Source: an uncultured Acidimicrobiia bacterium (GTDB lineage: Bacteria > Actinomycetota > Acidimicrobiia > IMCC26256 > JAENVU01). Taken from it: a stretch of DNA of 64,000 nt. The translations under genes and the position numbers were made by a program. The DNA is taken from assembly GCA_963847815.1 (NCBI GenBank), contig CAWKBF010000001.1:20773-84772 (forward strand). Direction: 5' to 3'. Under the pieces are notes generated by a model. The model ran no database searches. It had not been told where the DNA came from and worked only from the letters and a program-made list of their open reading frames with translations. The first letter of the stretch is position 1, and each line of letters starts with the position of its first letter. Positions 31,625-41,926 of the stretch are shown piece by piece.

Positions 31625-31989
31625 CACTTCACCACCAGGGTCCCGGTCATGTAGTCGTGGAACTTGCAGTAGTACTCGAACGTGCCGGCCTTCTTCAGCA
31701 CGATCGTTGCCTTCTGTCCGCCGCCCAGGTCTCCCGTGTTGAAGTCACCGTCGCGCGCGGTCAGCGTGTGAGTCGCGCTGTCGGCGTTGCTCACCTTGAG
31801 TGTGGTCCCCACCGGGACGGTGAGCTTCGGTGGGACAAACGCAAAGTCCTTGATGACCACCGCGTTCGCACCGGCCTGCACGGTTGCACCCGAGCTGCTG
31901 GGGCCTTCGATCACCCGGGTGCCGGCGATCGCGACAAGCGCGATCACCGGCACCGCGAGGGCCAGTACGAACGTCGGTGGACGGGTCAC
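31624..31989 (-). CDS. Membrane-anchored type-1 copper protein (cupredoxin, amicyanin-like)
   Basis: This is the C-terminal part of ORF 31624..32307. GTG 31989 overlaps the upstream stop (TAGTG). It has an N-terminal anchor (PPTFVLALAVPVIALVAIAG). The copper ligands are H in SATHTLT and C-x2-H-x2-M in YYCKFHDYM. Confidence 0.85.
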   Translation of the reverse strand: MTRPPTFVLALAVPVIALVAIAGTRVIEGPSSSGATVQAGANAVVIKDFAFVPPKLTVPVGTTLKVSNADSATHTLTARDGDFNTGDLGGGQKATIVLKKAGTFEYYCKFHDYMTGTLVVK

Positions 31990-32687
31990 TAGCTCGGGCT
32001 CGCAGCCATCTTGGTGCTGGCGAACGTGTCCGGAACCGGGTAGTTGCCGAGCACGTAGTTCAGGATCGCCTGGTGCTGCATGTCGATCACGTTGATCGAC
32101 CCGGCGAGCGTGATGGCGTCCTTGTCCTTCAGGCTCGAGATGGCCGACAGGTACGTTGCACCGGCGATCTCCTCGAGCTGGAGCGCCAGCTTCGCGGCAC
32201 CCCCGAAGTCCTTGACCTTGGCGAACTCGCCGTCGACCGTGGACTTGAGCGCCGCATCGGGCTCGGTCACGGCGGGCTTGTTCGCTCCCGCCAGGACACT
32301 GTTCCACTTGTCGAGCGCAGCCTGGTGCTGGCTCATCGCGGTCTGCACGAACGTCGCGCCGGCCGCCGGAACGGGGCCGAGCTTGTTCGCCGTCGCCGCA
32401 TCGAGCGCAGCCTTGTAGGTCTGCACCGCGAGCACCTCGAGGCTGGCTGCGAACGCAGCAGTCTTGAGGTCGTTGTTCGCCCCGCCCGAAGATGCCGGAG
32501 CCACGGTGGTGGCGCTGGTCTTCGGGGAGGAGGAGGACTTCGAGTCGCTCCCGCAGGCCGCGAGCGCAACGACCGCACCAACGCCACCGGCGCCGATGAG
32601 GAAGCCACGTCGGCTGAAGCCGCCTTGGGCTGTCACCTCGGCTGCATCAAGCGCAGCACGTGTGTTCTCAGAGGTCTTGCGCCTCAT
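31989..32687 (-). CDS. Tat-signal lipoprotein with a ferritin-like domain
   Basis: This is ORF 31989..32687 with an AAGGAG RBS. It has the twin-arginine motif SRRGFLIGAGG followed by the lipobox LAAC. The helical body (LEVLAVQTYKAAL...LQLEEIAGATYL) resembles ferritin-like (DUF4439-type) proteins. Confidence 0.8.
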   Translation of the reverse strand: MRRKTSENTRAALDAAEVTAQGGFSRRGFLIGAGGVGAVVALAACGSDSKSSSSPKTSATTVAPASSGGANNDLKTAAFAASLEVLAVQTYKAALDAATANKLGPVPAAGATFVQTAMSQHQAALDKWNSVLAGANKPAVTEPDAALKSTVDGEFAKVKDFGGAAKLALQLEEIAGATYLSAISSLKDKDAITLAGSINVIDMQHQAILNYVLGNYPVPDTFASTKMAASPS

Positions 32688-33541
32688 TGGATCGCTCCTT
32701 CTGCGGGCGGGCTCGCCATCGTGGTGGGCTCAAAGGGCTCCGGGAACGCAACGCTGCCGGCTGCGGCAGGAAGCTTGGACGCGTCGACCGGGATGACGAT
32801 CAACTCGGGGGCACCACCGGCGAGCAGTGCGCCAACGGCACGCAACGTCGCGAGGTGCTGGGACTCGACACCCATCACGCTGGCCATCAGCGCCTTGGAC
32901 TTCGCGTCACTGAACTGGGCCAGGTCCGAGAGGTACGTCTCGGTCGCGACCGTCTCCAACGACGTCGCCAGGGCAACGACGTCGGCCGGGGTCTTGAGGG
33001 TCGGGACTGCGGCGTCAACCACGGCCTTGTACTTCGGGTTCGGGCTCTTCTGTGCCTTGCCGCCGAGCGCCTTGGTCTGCGCCTCGAAAGCCTGGGCGTG
33101 CTCGTCGTGCTGGCCCATCGTGGTCTGGGCGAACTTGACGATGGTCGGGTTGCCGTCCTTGATGAACGGCAACGTGAGCGCCGCACCGTACGTCGCAACT
33201 GCGAGCACCTCGAGCGACGACGCCGTCTGCAGGATCTGCGTGTCGAGCGCGGTGTCGGCACCCGCCGGCGCGGCGAGCAGCGCAACCAGCGCGGCACCGA
33301 TGCCACCGGCGAGGAGACCCTTGCCGCCGATGCTCCCGGTCTCACGGCTGAAGCTGCTGACCAGATCGCGGCGGCTGTTGTTCAACGCCACCGCGGCCTC
33401 GGGGTCCTGCTCTTCGTGACGGGTGTCAGCGGCAAGGTCACGGAGATCCGCGACGTTGTCGTTGTTCTGATGCATTGCGTCAGATTGAAGGTCCTGAGAC
33501 TCCTCAATCAGACCGGTCAATGCTCGGTCGTCGATACGCAT
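32684..33541 (-). CDS. Tat-signal ferritin-like domain protein (paralog of the downstream gene); start uncertain
   Basis: This is ORF 32684..33634. Its stop overlaps the next start (ATGA). It has a twin-arginine NNSRRDLVSSF followed by a hydrophobic stretch, and the body is LEVLAVATYGAAL...LETVATETYL. Candidate starts are ATG 33541 (preceded by GAGG) and ATG 33475. Confidence 0.75.
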   Translation of the reverse strand: MRIDDRALTGLIEESQDLQSDAMHQNNDNVADLRDLAADTRHEEQDPEAAVALNNSRRDLVSSFSRETGSIGGKGLLAGGIGAALVALLAAPAGADTALDTQILQTASSLEVLAVATYGAALTLPFIKDGNPTIVKFAQTTMGQHDEHAQAFEAQTKALGGKAQKSPNPKYKAVVDAAVPTLKTPADVVALATSLETVATETYLSDLAQFSDAKSKALMASVMGVESQHLATLRAVGALLAGGAPELIVIPVDASKLPAAAGSVAFPEPFEPTTMASPPAEGAIQ

Positions 33542-33661
33542 TCCAACCTCGATCCATTGATGTGCAGGGGGGGACCCTCGAGTTGCAAGGGGTGGAGACG
33601 AACGGTGGTGCACTGCAGGTTCGCAGCGGTTCACCGAACGGATGTCTGCGTCTGCTGCGAG

Positions 33662-33820
33662 CTACTTCGCGGCAGTTGTCGCGTCTTCCTCGAGCCCGCT
33701 GTGGAGCTCGCGCTTGGCTTCGCCGAGCGAGCGGGCGAGCTGCGGCAGCTTCGAAGAGCCGAAGATCAGCACGACGACCGCAAGGATGATGAGCAGCTCG
33801 GGAGCGCCGAGACCGAACAT
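33662..33820 (-). CDS. tatA: Twin-arginine translocase subunit TatA
   Basis: This is the last 52 codons of ORF 33662..33988: MFGLGAPELLIILAVVVLIFGSSKLPQLARSLGEAKRE. An AAGGAG RBS lies directly upstream of ATG 33820. Confidence 0.9.
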   Translation of the reverse strand: MFGLGAPELLIILAVVVLIFGSSKLPQLARSLGEAKRELHSGLEEDATTAAK

Positions 33821-34006
33821 GGTGACTCCTTCAGTGGGGGAGCGGGCAACGAGTGACGGGCTTCCGGTCACGTCGTTGTGAAGGGTTCGGACCTGATCGC
33901 GTTCCGGATGTATCGACGCGCCATTTGCGCGCATCAGACCGGCGATTTCATCCATAAAGCCAGCGGCTGCGAACCCCAGAGACTCCACACTTGCGAAGGG
34001 AATTTC

Positions 34007-34297
34007 ATGCCTCAGATCGGTCCGGCAGAGATCATCGTGATCCTGCTCGTCGGAATGTTGGTCTTCGGGCCGTCACGGCTTCCGGAGATTGGGAAGCAAG
34101 TTGGTCGCGCCATGCGCGAGGTGAAGAAGTTCCAGGCGACCGTCAAGGACGAGCTCGAAGCAGTCACGCATCTCCACGAGCTGCACGACGACGATGAGGT
34201 CGCGACCCCGACGACCCCGACCGCACCGACCGTGAACGCGGTTGCCGCACCTTCGCGGTATCGCACGCCGGTCGCCGCGTCACGATCGCAGGGCTGA
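34007..34297 (+). CDS. tatB: Twin-arginine translocase subunit TatB (TatA/E family)
   Basis: This is ORF 33878..34297 with the start at ATG 34007: MPQIGPAEIIVILLVGMLVFGPSRLPEIGKQVGRAMREVKKF. It has a longer, acidic and Pro/Thr-rich tail and lies directly upstream of tatC. Confidence 0.8.
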   Translation: MPQIGPAEIIVILLVGMLVFGPSRLPEIGKQVGRAMREVKKFQATVKDELEAVTHLHELHDDDEVATPTTPTAPTVNAVAAPSRYRTPVAASRSQG

Positions 34298-34300
34298 CCC

Positions 34301-35062
34301 ATGGCGACTGCCGTGTTCGCACGACGGAAGAGTCGACGCTCGCGCCCGGCCGGTGGGCAGATGCCGATCATGGATCACCTCGGCGAGCTGCGCCGGCGGG
34401 TCCTGATCTCTGCCCTGGCGATCGTGGTCAGCGCGACGATCATGTTCTTCTTCTCGAACGCGGTGATCACGTTCCTCGTCAAGTACTACGAGGACGCTAC
34501 GAACGGAAATCGCCACGCGCTGATCTTCACCGGACCAGTCGACGGGTTCATCACACGACTCAAGGTCGCGACCTACGGCGGCATCGTGCTCGCGCTGCCG
34601 ATCTGGCTCTACCAGATGTGGCGCTTCATCACGCCGGGGCTCAACCCGAAGGAGCGCCGGTACGCGATCCCGTTCGTCCTCTCGTCGCTGGTCCTCTTCG
34701 TGATGGGCGCAGCAGTCGCGTTTCTGACCCTCGAGCCCGCGCTGAAGTTCCTGATTGACGTCGGCGGTCCGTCTCAGACCCCGCTCTTCACCTCGGACCG
34801 GTACCTGTCGCTCGTGTCATTGATGGTGATCGCGTTCGGGCTCTCGTTCGAGTTCCCGGTTGTCCTCGTCTTCCTGCTGATCGCAGGAGTGCTCAAGACC
34901 TCGCAGCTGCGTCACGCGCGACGCTGGGCCATCGTCGGCATCGTCGTGTTCGCTGCGGTCATCACGCCGAGCCAGGATCCGTACTCGCTCTTCTTCATGG
35001 CCGGACCGATGTACCTCTTCTACGAGATGTCGATCGTGATCGGCCGGCTGCTCAAGAAGTGA
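34301..35062 (+). CDS. tatC: Twin-arginine translocase subunit TatC
   Basis: This is ORF 34301..35062. It has MDHLGELRRR, six hydrophobic segments and TPSQDP. An alternative start is ATG 34361. Confidence 0.95.
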   Translation: MATAVFARRKSRRSRPAGGQMPIMDHLGELRRRVLISALAIVVSATIMFFFSNAVITFLVKYYEDATNGNRHALIFTGPVDGFITRLKVATYGGIVLALPIWLYQMWRFITPGLNPKERRYAIPFVLSSLVLFVMGAAVAFLTLEPALKFLIDVGGPSQTPLFTSDRYLSLVSLMVIAFGLSFEFPVVLVFLLIAGVLKTSQLRHARRWAIVGIVVFAAVITPSQDPYSLFFMAGPMYLFYEMSIVIGRLLKK

Positions 35063-35822
35063 CGTCGTCCGCGACCGTGTCCACGTTCTCATCAGCCGCT
35101 CGGCGCTGTGAGCGGCGGTGGCGGAAGAGCTCGACGGCCATCAGCGCAGCGGAGCAGCCGATGATCGCGAGGATGGCGATGTCGAGGTAGTCGGCGATGC
35201 CGGGGAACCGGTTGCCGAGCGCCCAGCCGAGGGTCACGACGATCGTGACCCACAGCGTCCCGCCGACGATGTTGTAGATCGTGAAGGTGCGGTGCTTCAT
35301 CGTCGATGCGCCCGCGACGATCGGCGCAAAGGTGCGAACGAACGGCACGAAGCGCGCGAGCACGACGGTCTTCGATCCGTGCTCGTCGAAGAAGGCCTGC
35401 GCTCGTGCCAGCTGCTCCTGTTTGAGGAAGCGCGAGTCGGGACGCGTGAACAGGCCCGGCCCGTAGCGGCGCCCGACTGCGTAGCCGACCTGGTCCCCGA
35501 TGATCGCGGCGATTGCACACCCGAGGATCAGGAGCGGAAGGGGAGTCGCCATCACCGCGGTCGCAACGAGGAGGCCGGCGGTGAACAGCAGCGAGTCGCC
35601 GGGGAGGAAGAAGCCGATGAGGATTCCCGACTCGGCGAAGACGATCAGGAACAGTCCGACCAGTCCGACATGGCGAATGAGCTGCTCGGGATCGAGCCCG
35701 ATGCCGGCGATGATCACGGGGGCATTCTGACCGCCCCTGGTCAGGTGACGAAGACGGTCCTTGTCGGTCACCTGACCCGGCGAGAATGTCGGGAATGCGT
35801 CCGATGTAGGTATCGTGACCAT
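35052..35822 (-). CDS. DedA / SNARE-associated family membrane protein
   Basis: This is ORF 35052..35822. The motifs are FAESGILIGFFLPGDSLLFTAG, GYAVGRRYG and VLARFVPFVRTFAP. Confidence 0.9.
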   Translation of the reverse strand: MVTIPTSDAFPTFSPGQVTDKDRLRHLTRGGQNAPVIIAGIGLDPEQLIRHVGLVGLFLIVFAESGILIGFFLPGDSLLFTAGLLVATAVMATPLPLLILGCAIAAIIGDQVGYAVGRRYGPGLFTRPDSRFLKQEQLARAQAFFDEHGSKTVVLARFVPFVRTFAPIVAGASTMKHRTFTIYNIVGGTLWVTIVVTLGWALGNRFPGIADYLDIAILAIIGCSAALMAVELFRHRRSQRRAADENVDTVADDVTS

Positions 35823-35857
35823 TCACGGCCAACGGCGGCCGGGTTTCGGGGGGAACG

Positions 35858-38448
35858 ATGATGAAGCACCGTCGCATCGGCATGATCGCGGTCTGCATGG
35901 TCCTGGCGATGGTGGCCGTCGCGTGCCATCCGATCGACCGGTGGCACCACGGCACCGCGGCACCCGACCGGGCCCGGTACATCCTTCCGCCGGGCAACTA
36001 CGGCGGTCTTCCCACCACCGCGAACTCGCTCGATCAGCTGCCGCTGTACGACGGCCTCACGCCGCTGCGCGGCAACGTCACGGACTCCGACATCGACCGG
36101 CTGTTCCTGCCCGAGAACTTCGCGCCGATCGGCGCGACCCATGACGAGCCGACCGGTCGCGCCGGGACGAAGATCACCTACGACAGCTACGGCGTTCCGC
36201 ACGTCACCGGGAAGACGCGTGCCGACCTCGCGTTCGGCGCCGGCTGGGTGACCGCGCGCGACCGCGGCCTGCTGCTGCAGCTGGGCCGCGGTCCCGCCCG
36301 CGCGGCGGTGGCCGACGTTCCGGGCATCAACGCGTTCGGGCTCGTCACGAGCGGACAGTCGTTCGTGCCCAGCGCCGCGTCCGAGCAGCTCATCACTGAT
36401 CAGGTCGCGCTGATCAAGCAGACCTACGGCGCGCGCGGCGAAGAGATGATCGCCGAGATGCAGGCCGAAGCCGACGGCATGACGGCCTACTTCCAGACGC
36501 ATGGCAACACGCAACCGCCCGCGACCGTCAACGATGTGATCGCGGTCGCCGCGTTCATCGGTTCGATCTTCGGTGCCGGCGGCGGCGCGGAGGCGTCGAA
36601 TGCGGAGTTCCTCTCGCGGCTGCAGAACCACCTCGGCGCGGACACCGGTCGCAAGGCATGGGAGGACGCCATGCTGTTCAACGACCCCGAGGCCCCAACC
36701 ACGCTGAAGCAGACGTTCAACTACGGCATCTTCACCGGGGGTCCGGTCACGGGCTCCGCCGTGATCGACGAGGGTTCGATCGTCTCGACCGACCCGACCG
36801 CCGGCGCTCCGGCGGTCGCCGCAACCGCGGCTGCGGCGTTCAATGCCGACATCGACCTCGACGCTCTCACCGGGCACCGAGCCGGCCGCCGAGCCGTCGC
36901 CGACATCACCGACGTACCCGGCCGCAGGGAAGGTGCCGTTCAAGCAGGCGTCGAACTTCCTCGTCGTGGACCCGCGCCGCTCGGCCAACAGCAACACCCT
37001 CGCGGTGATGGGTCCGCAGCTCGGCTACTACTACCCGGAGATCGTGCAGCAGATCCATCTGACCGGTCCCGGCATCGAGGCACAGGGCGTTGGCATCCCG
37101 GCCGCGATGCTCTACCTGCTGATCGGCCGGACGCCCGACTACGCGTGGAGCCTCACCTCCGCGAACAACGACATCCGTGACGTGTTCGCCGAGCAGCTCT
37201 GCAACCCGGATGGCTCCGCGCCGACCGCGCGCATCGGACCACTACCTGTTCCAGGGTGTGTGCCGACCGTTCGAGACGTTCGACGCGGGTCTGCTCAACG
37301 GCACCCCGGTCCGGTACCCGGTCTCGGTGCACGGTCCGGTGATCGGCACGGCCACCTCGAACGGCCGACCGATCGCACTCACCCGCAAGCGCTCCACGTT
37401 CGGGCGCGACGGGCTCAACCTCATGGCGCTCAAGGACATGACGGAGAACAAGGCGTCGACGCCCGACCGCTTCTACGACATCGCGAACGAGTTCGGATTC
37501 ACGTTCAACTGGGCGTACGCGGCGCACGGGAAGACCGCGTTCTTCACGTCCGGCCTCCTCCCGCGCCGTGCGCCCGGGCTGGACCGGCGCCTGCCGACGC
37601 TCGGCACCGGCCAGTACGAGTGGCGTGGCTTCCTCAACGGGTGGGAGCACCCGCACGGGACGACCACACCCGACGGTCTGCTGTTGAACTGGAACAACCA
37701 GTCGGCACCCGGCTTCATGCACGGCGACGACGACCCGTACGGCTCGGTGCACCGCGTCGAGCTGTTCGACAAGTTCCCGTGGCGGGTCACGCTCGCGAAC
37801 GACGTGAGCGTCATGAACCGCGCCGCGACCGAGGACGTCCGGTCGCCGGTGTGGCCGGTCGTCAGCAAGGTGCTGCACGGCAGCCCCGCACCAAACGCAC
37901 TCTCGGCCCAGGTGGTGTCACTGCTCGACGACTGGGTGCGACGCGACGCGCCGGTGCTCGACGCCGACAACAGCGGCCAGTACGACGAGGCCGGTCCCAC
38001 GGTGATGAACGCGCTGTGGAACCCGATCGCGACGGCGGTGATGCAGCCGGTGTTCGGCGATCAGACCGCCGCGCTCGACGACATCCGCGGGCTCGGCAGC
38101 CTGTCCGGGGAGTCGTACGTCGACAAGGATCTGCGCACCCTCCTGAATGGCCCGGTGCAGGGGAAGTTCAACCTGCGGTACTGCGGGCAGGGATCGCTCG
38201 ACGAGTGCCGCTCGTCGTTGTGGGCGGTGGTGAACCAGGTCGCGACCAACCTCGCCGCGAGCCAGGGTCCGGATCCCGCCGCGTGGCGGAGCGACGCGCG
38301 GCGCCTCGGGTTCACGCCCGGCCTGATCCCGGACACGTTCCGGGCGACGAACCGGCCGACGTTCCAGCAGGTGCTCGAGCTCCAGACCCCCCGATGGGGC
38401 GAGTGGCCCGGGCGGGATGATCACAACGGTCACGGCCACGGGAGGTAA
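35858..38448 (+). pseudogene. Penicillin-acylase-family Ntn hydrolase lipoprotein with two +1 frame changes
   Basis: It starts MMKHRRIGMIAVCMVLAMVAVAC (lipobox). ORF 35858..37180 reads well up to about DIDLDALTG. It continues in ORF 36843..38420 (EPAAEPSPTSPTYPAAGKVPFKQASNFLVVDP, containing the Ntn Ser-Asn) and then in ORF 37177..38448 (DHYLFQGVCRPFETFDAG...). The shifts are at GGG 36872-36874 and about 37236. Confidence 0.8.
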
Positions 38449-38529
38449 GCCAGCGCGACACGGATGATGTCGGTACGATCGCTGATGACGGCCAAGGACG
38501 GCCCGGGCAGGGCAGACGCGGGGGAGACC

Positions 38530-40863
38530 ATGAGACAGGGCATCAGGCGCGCGATCGCGTTCTGCACGATGTTCGCGCTCGTCGCGGCGGGACTGTTCAC
38601 CGCCGGCGCCGCGGTCGCGCCGGGCCAGAGTGCCGGAGCCGCGACGACCAGCGGTCCCCTGCACACGACCGGCACCAACGGCATCATCTACGACGCCGCG
38701 AACCAGCCCGTTCGCCTGGTCGGCTTCAACTGGACCGGCACCGAGAACGGCGGCCGCGCCGACAACCAGAAGACGGCCGACGTGTGCGGGGTGTCGTGGC
38801 GCACGCCGGGAGACGGCCTGCCCGGCCTTTCGTTCAGCTACGACAACCTCTACCAGACCATCCGCGACTGGGGGTACAACGTCCTGCGCATCCCGGTCTC
38901 GTGGAACAACCTCGAGCCGGTCGCCCCGGTGTGGAACGCGAGTGCGAACCAGTACGACCACTCCTGGAACCAGACGTACCTCAACGACCTGAAGTCGATG
39001 GTCACCAAGTCCCGTGCCGCCGGACTCATGGTGATCCTCGACATGCACCAGGACTACTGGTCACCGGCGCTGCACCACATCACGAACTGGAACGGCACGT
39101 CCGGGTACTGCGAGGGCGTCGGCATGCCGCGTTGGCTGAACCCGACGATCGATGCCAAGGCCACGACGACCCAGAGCCTCGACTTCTACACCGCGATGAA
39201 CACCTTCTACCGGAACATCCGGGACCCGCAGTCGCCGCTGACCAACGCCACCCCGTGGCAGCTGTTCGCGTCGGCGTGGGACCAGATCTCGTACCAATTC
39301 TCGTCCGCGTCGGAGTTTGCCGCCGCGGACGCCGTCGTCGGTGCCGACATCTTGAACGAGCCCTACATCAGCTACGTCGGGGGAAGCCCGCCCGCCGGTC
39401 AGACCGTGCTGCAGGCCGCGGGCTCCCGCCTGGTCTCCTTCTACAACGCGCTGGCACCGGCGATCACCGCGCACAACGCCAGCTGGCTGCTGTTCTTCCA
39501 GGACTCGACCGGCGGCTACAACGCGGCCAACCCCGCGGCGCGGGAGTCGCCGGTGATCACCGGGAAGCCGACCGTCGCCGGCAACTGGGTGTACTCGAAC
39601 CACATCTACGCCTTCAGCTACGGAACGTTCGAGGACGGCGTCACGCGCCACGACGACTTCGGCATCACGGTGGCGAACCGGGCGCTCGCCAACGCGACTG
39701 CCTGGGGTGTCCCGCTGTACGTCGGTGAGTTCACGAACTTCAGCATCGGCGTCGACGCGCGCAACCTCACCGACGCCACGATGGAGCAGACCCGGCGGTT
39801 CCTGAGCTGGGCGAAGACGAACCGCGTCAACTGGACGTTCTGGTCCTTCGTCAACCCGTACCGACCGATGACGGTGGTCAACTACACGACGAACCAGGCC
39901 ATCCCCGTAGTCAAGACGGCACTGGCGACCGGGCTCGACGCGGTTGGCGTGAACGCGCCGCCGATCGCGTCCTTCACGAGCACCTGCACCGACCTCTCGT
40001 GCTCGTTCGACGGCACAGGTTCGACGGACAGCGACGGGCAGGTCACGTCGTACGCTTGGACGTTCGGCGATGGCGCGACGAGCATCGCCTCCGCGCCGGC
40101 GCGGACGTACGCAGCCGCGGGGACCTACCCGGTGAAGCTGACCGTGACCGACAACCTCGGGGCGACGGCAACCAAGGCGACCTCCGTGACTGTTTCCGCG
40201 CCCACGACACCCGCAACGGTCTTCGCGTCGGACGTGTTCTCGCGCACGACGACCAATGGCTGGGGTACTGCGGACACGGGCGGCGCGTGGACTGCCGGTG
40301 GCGGGACGAGCAGCTTCTCGGTCACCGGCGGATCCGGACGGATCGTGGGTGGCGTCGGCGTCAACCGCTCGGCGATGTTGCAGTCGCTCAGTCAGCGTGA
40401 CGTCGAGATGGTGGCGGACGTCTCGCTGGACCTCGCGGCGAAGGGGAGTGGTGCGTACGTCTCGCTTCTCGGCCGGAGCATCGCAACCAACAACGACTAC
40501 CGGCTCCGCGTGCGGTACCAGTCCAATGCGACGCTGGTCGCCTACCTCGTGCGCGTCGTCAACAACGCGGACACCGTCGTCGCGTGGACCAACGTGAACG
40601 GGATCACCGTCGCACCGAACGATGTCTTCCGGCTCCGGTTCCAGGTGAGTGGAACGACGACCACGACGTTGCGAGCGAAGGTGTGGCGCGCGTCGGCACC
40701 TGAACCGGCGGCATGGTTGTTGAGCGGTACGGACGCGACGCCCGCGTCGCTGCGCGTGGCCGGGAGCGCGGGAGTGCTGTCGTACCTCTCGAGCAGCTGG
40801 ACCGGGACTCCGGCAACGCTGCGCCTGGACAACTTCAGCGCCGGGCCGATTCCGGCCGGCTGA
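38530..40863 (+). CDS. Secreted GH5 glycoside hydrolase with a PKD domain and a C-terminal beta-sandwich-like domain
   Basis: This is ORF 38464..40863 with the start at ATG 38530 (GGGGAG RBS; signal MRQGIRRAIAFCTMFALVAAGLF). It has the GH5 acid/base ILNEP and the nucleophile region LYVGEF. The PKD-like segment is FDGTGSTDSDGQVTSYAWTFGDG. The frame is uninterrupted. Confidence 0.85.
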   Translation: MRQGIRRAIAFCTMFALVAAGLFTAGAAVAPGQSAGAATTSGPLHTTGTNGIIYDAANQPVRLVGFNWTGTENGGRADNQKTADVCGVSWRTPGDGLPGLSFSYDNLYQTIRDWGYNVLRIPVSWNNLEPVAPVWNASANQYDHSWNQTYLNDLKSMVTKSRAAGLMVILDMHQDYWSPALHHITNWNGTSGYCEGVGMPRWLNPTIDAKATTTQSLDFYTAMNTFYRNIRDPQSPLTNATPWQLFASAWDQISYQFSSASEFAAADAVVGADILNEPYISYVGGSPPAGQTVLQAAGSRLVSFYNALAPAITAHNASWLLFFQDSTGGYNAANPAARESPVITGKPTVAGNWVYSNHIYAFSYGTFEDGVTRHDDFGITVANRALANATAWGVPLYVGEFTNFSIGVDARNLTDATMEQTRRFLSWAKTNRVNWTFWSFVNPYRPMTVVNYTTNQAIPVVKTALATGLDAVGVNAPPIASFTSTCTDLSCSFDGTGSTDSDGQVTSYAWTFGDGATSIASAPARTYAAAGTYPVKLTVTDNLGATATKATSVTVSAPTTPATVFASDVFSRTTTNGWGTADTGGAWTAGGGTSSFSVTGGSGRIVGGVGVNRSAMLQSLSQRDVEMVADVSLDLAAKGSGAYVSLLGRSIATNNDYRLRVRYQSNATLVAYLVRVVNNADTVVAWTNVNGITVAPNDVFRLRFQVSGTTTTTLRAKVWRASAPEPAAWLLSGTDATPASLRVAGSAGVLSYLSSSWTGTPATLRLDNFSAGPIPAG

Positions 40864-41001
40864 GCCAACGAGCGAGTCGTCCGCCCCGTGGTCAGTCCGC
40901 GCTGACGAGTGTTCTCGCGGCCGTAACCTGCGCCCGGAACTGTTCCGTCAGACTGCTCGATCGGCGGACCCAGATTCGCGACATGAAGGAGTGCGACACC
41001 G

Positions 41002-41832
41002 ATGGACCGGCTGGCCGGTAAGACCGCAATCGTCACCGGGGGAGGGTCGGGCATCGGCCAGGCGACCGCCGAGTGCTTCGCGAAGGAAGGCGCGGCGGTG
41101 GTCATCACCGGACGCACCGCGGAGAAGCTCGAAGCGACGAAGGCGAACATCGAGGCATTCGGTGGTGTGTGCGTCGTGGTGCCGGGCGACGTCTCCAAGG
41201 TCGAGAACCAGCACGCGGCGATCGATGCCGCGGTCTCGCGTTGGGGCACGGTCGACATCCTCGTGAACAACGCGGCCATCGATCACGAGGCCGAGTTCTT
41301 CGAGATCGACGAGGCCAGCTGGGAACGGGTGATCCGGGTCAACCTGACGTCGCCGTTCTTGCTGTCCCAGGCGGTCGGCCGGGTGATGAAGGACCACGGT
41401 GGGGGATCGATCGTCCACATCGCGTCGATCGGCGCCCATTTCAACGACGGGCCGTTCTTCCCCTACGACACGTCCAAGGCCGGGCTCCTCGGGCTCAGCC
41501 GCTGCATGGCTGTCCGCCTCGCGGAGCACGGGATCCGTTCGAACGTCGTCAGCCCGGGCGCGACCCGGACCGACCTGATGACCGGGCTCAGTGGCCCGAA
41601 GATGAACGACTACATGAGCCACCACTTCGAGCGGGTGCCGATCAAGCGCATCCTCGCTCCGGAGGAGATCGGGTGGGCGTGCACCTTCCTTGCGTCCGAC
41701 GAGGCCTCGGGTGTGACCGGCACCGAGCTGATCGTCGACGGCGGCCTGACCGCGGATGCCTACGTGCTCCAGACCCTGCCCGACTTCGGGGAAGGAACCC
41801 CGGCGCCGTTCGTTGCCGACGTGGGGGCGTGA
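41002..41832 (+). CDS. Short-chain dehydrogenase/reductase (SDR)
   Basis: This is ORF 41002..41832 with a GAAGGAG RBS. The motifs are TGGGSGIG, NNAA and YDTSK. Confidence 0.9.
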   Translation: MDRLAGKTAIVTGGGSGIGQATAECFAKEGAAVVITGRTAEKLEATKANIEAFGGVCVVVPGDVSKVENQHAAIDAAVSRWGTVDILVNNAAIDHEAEFFEIDEASWERVIRVNLTSPFLLSQAVGRVMKDHGGGSIVHIASIGAHFNDGPFFPYDTSKAGLLGLSRCMAVRLAEHGIRSNVVSPGATRTDLMTGLSGPKMNDYMSHHFERVPIKRILAPEEIGWACTFLASDEASGVTGTELIVDGGLTADAYVLQTLPDFGEGTPAPFVADVGA

Positions 41833-41926
41833 CCCAGCGTCGTCCGGGCGTACCCGGGGCGCGCGCTTCTCGGGGGCTGCATGCGTCAACCTAGGGTGAC
41901 GGGACCAACGATTTCGGAGGGGCGCA

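Noticed and set aside
40936-40961. GGAAC-N17-CGAT upstream of the SDR gene at 41002, as a possible third ECF promoter.
   Set aside because: Only the pentamer is shared. The flanking sequence and the -10 differ from the two protease cassettes, and GGAAC alone is expected by chance.
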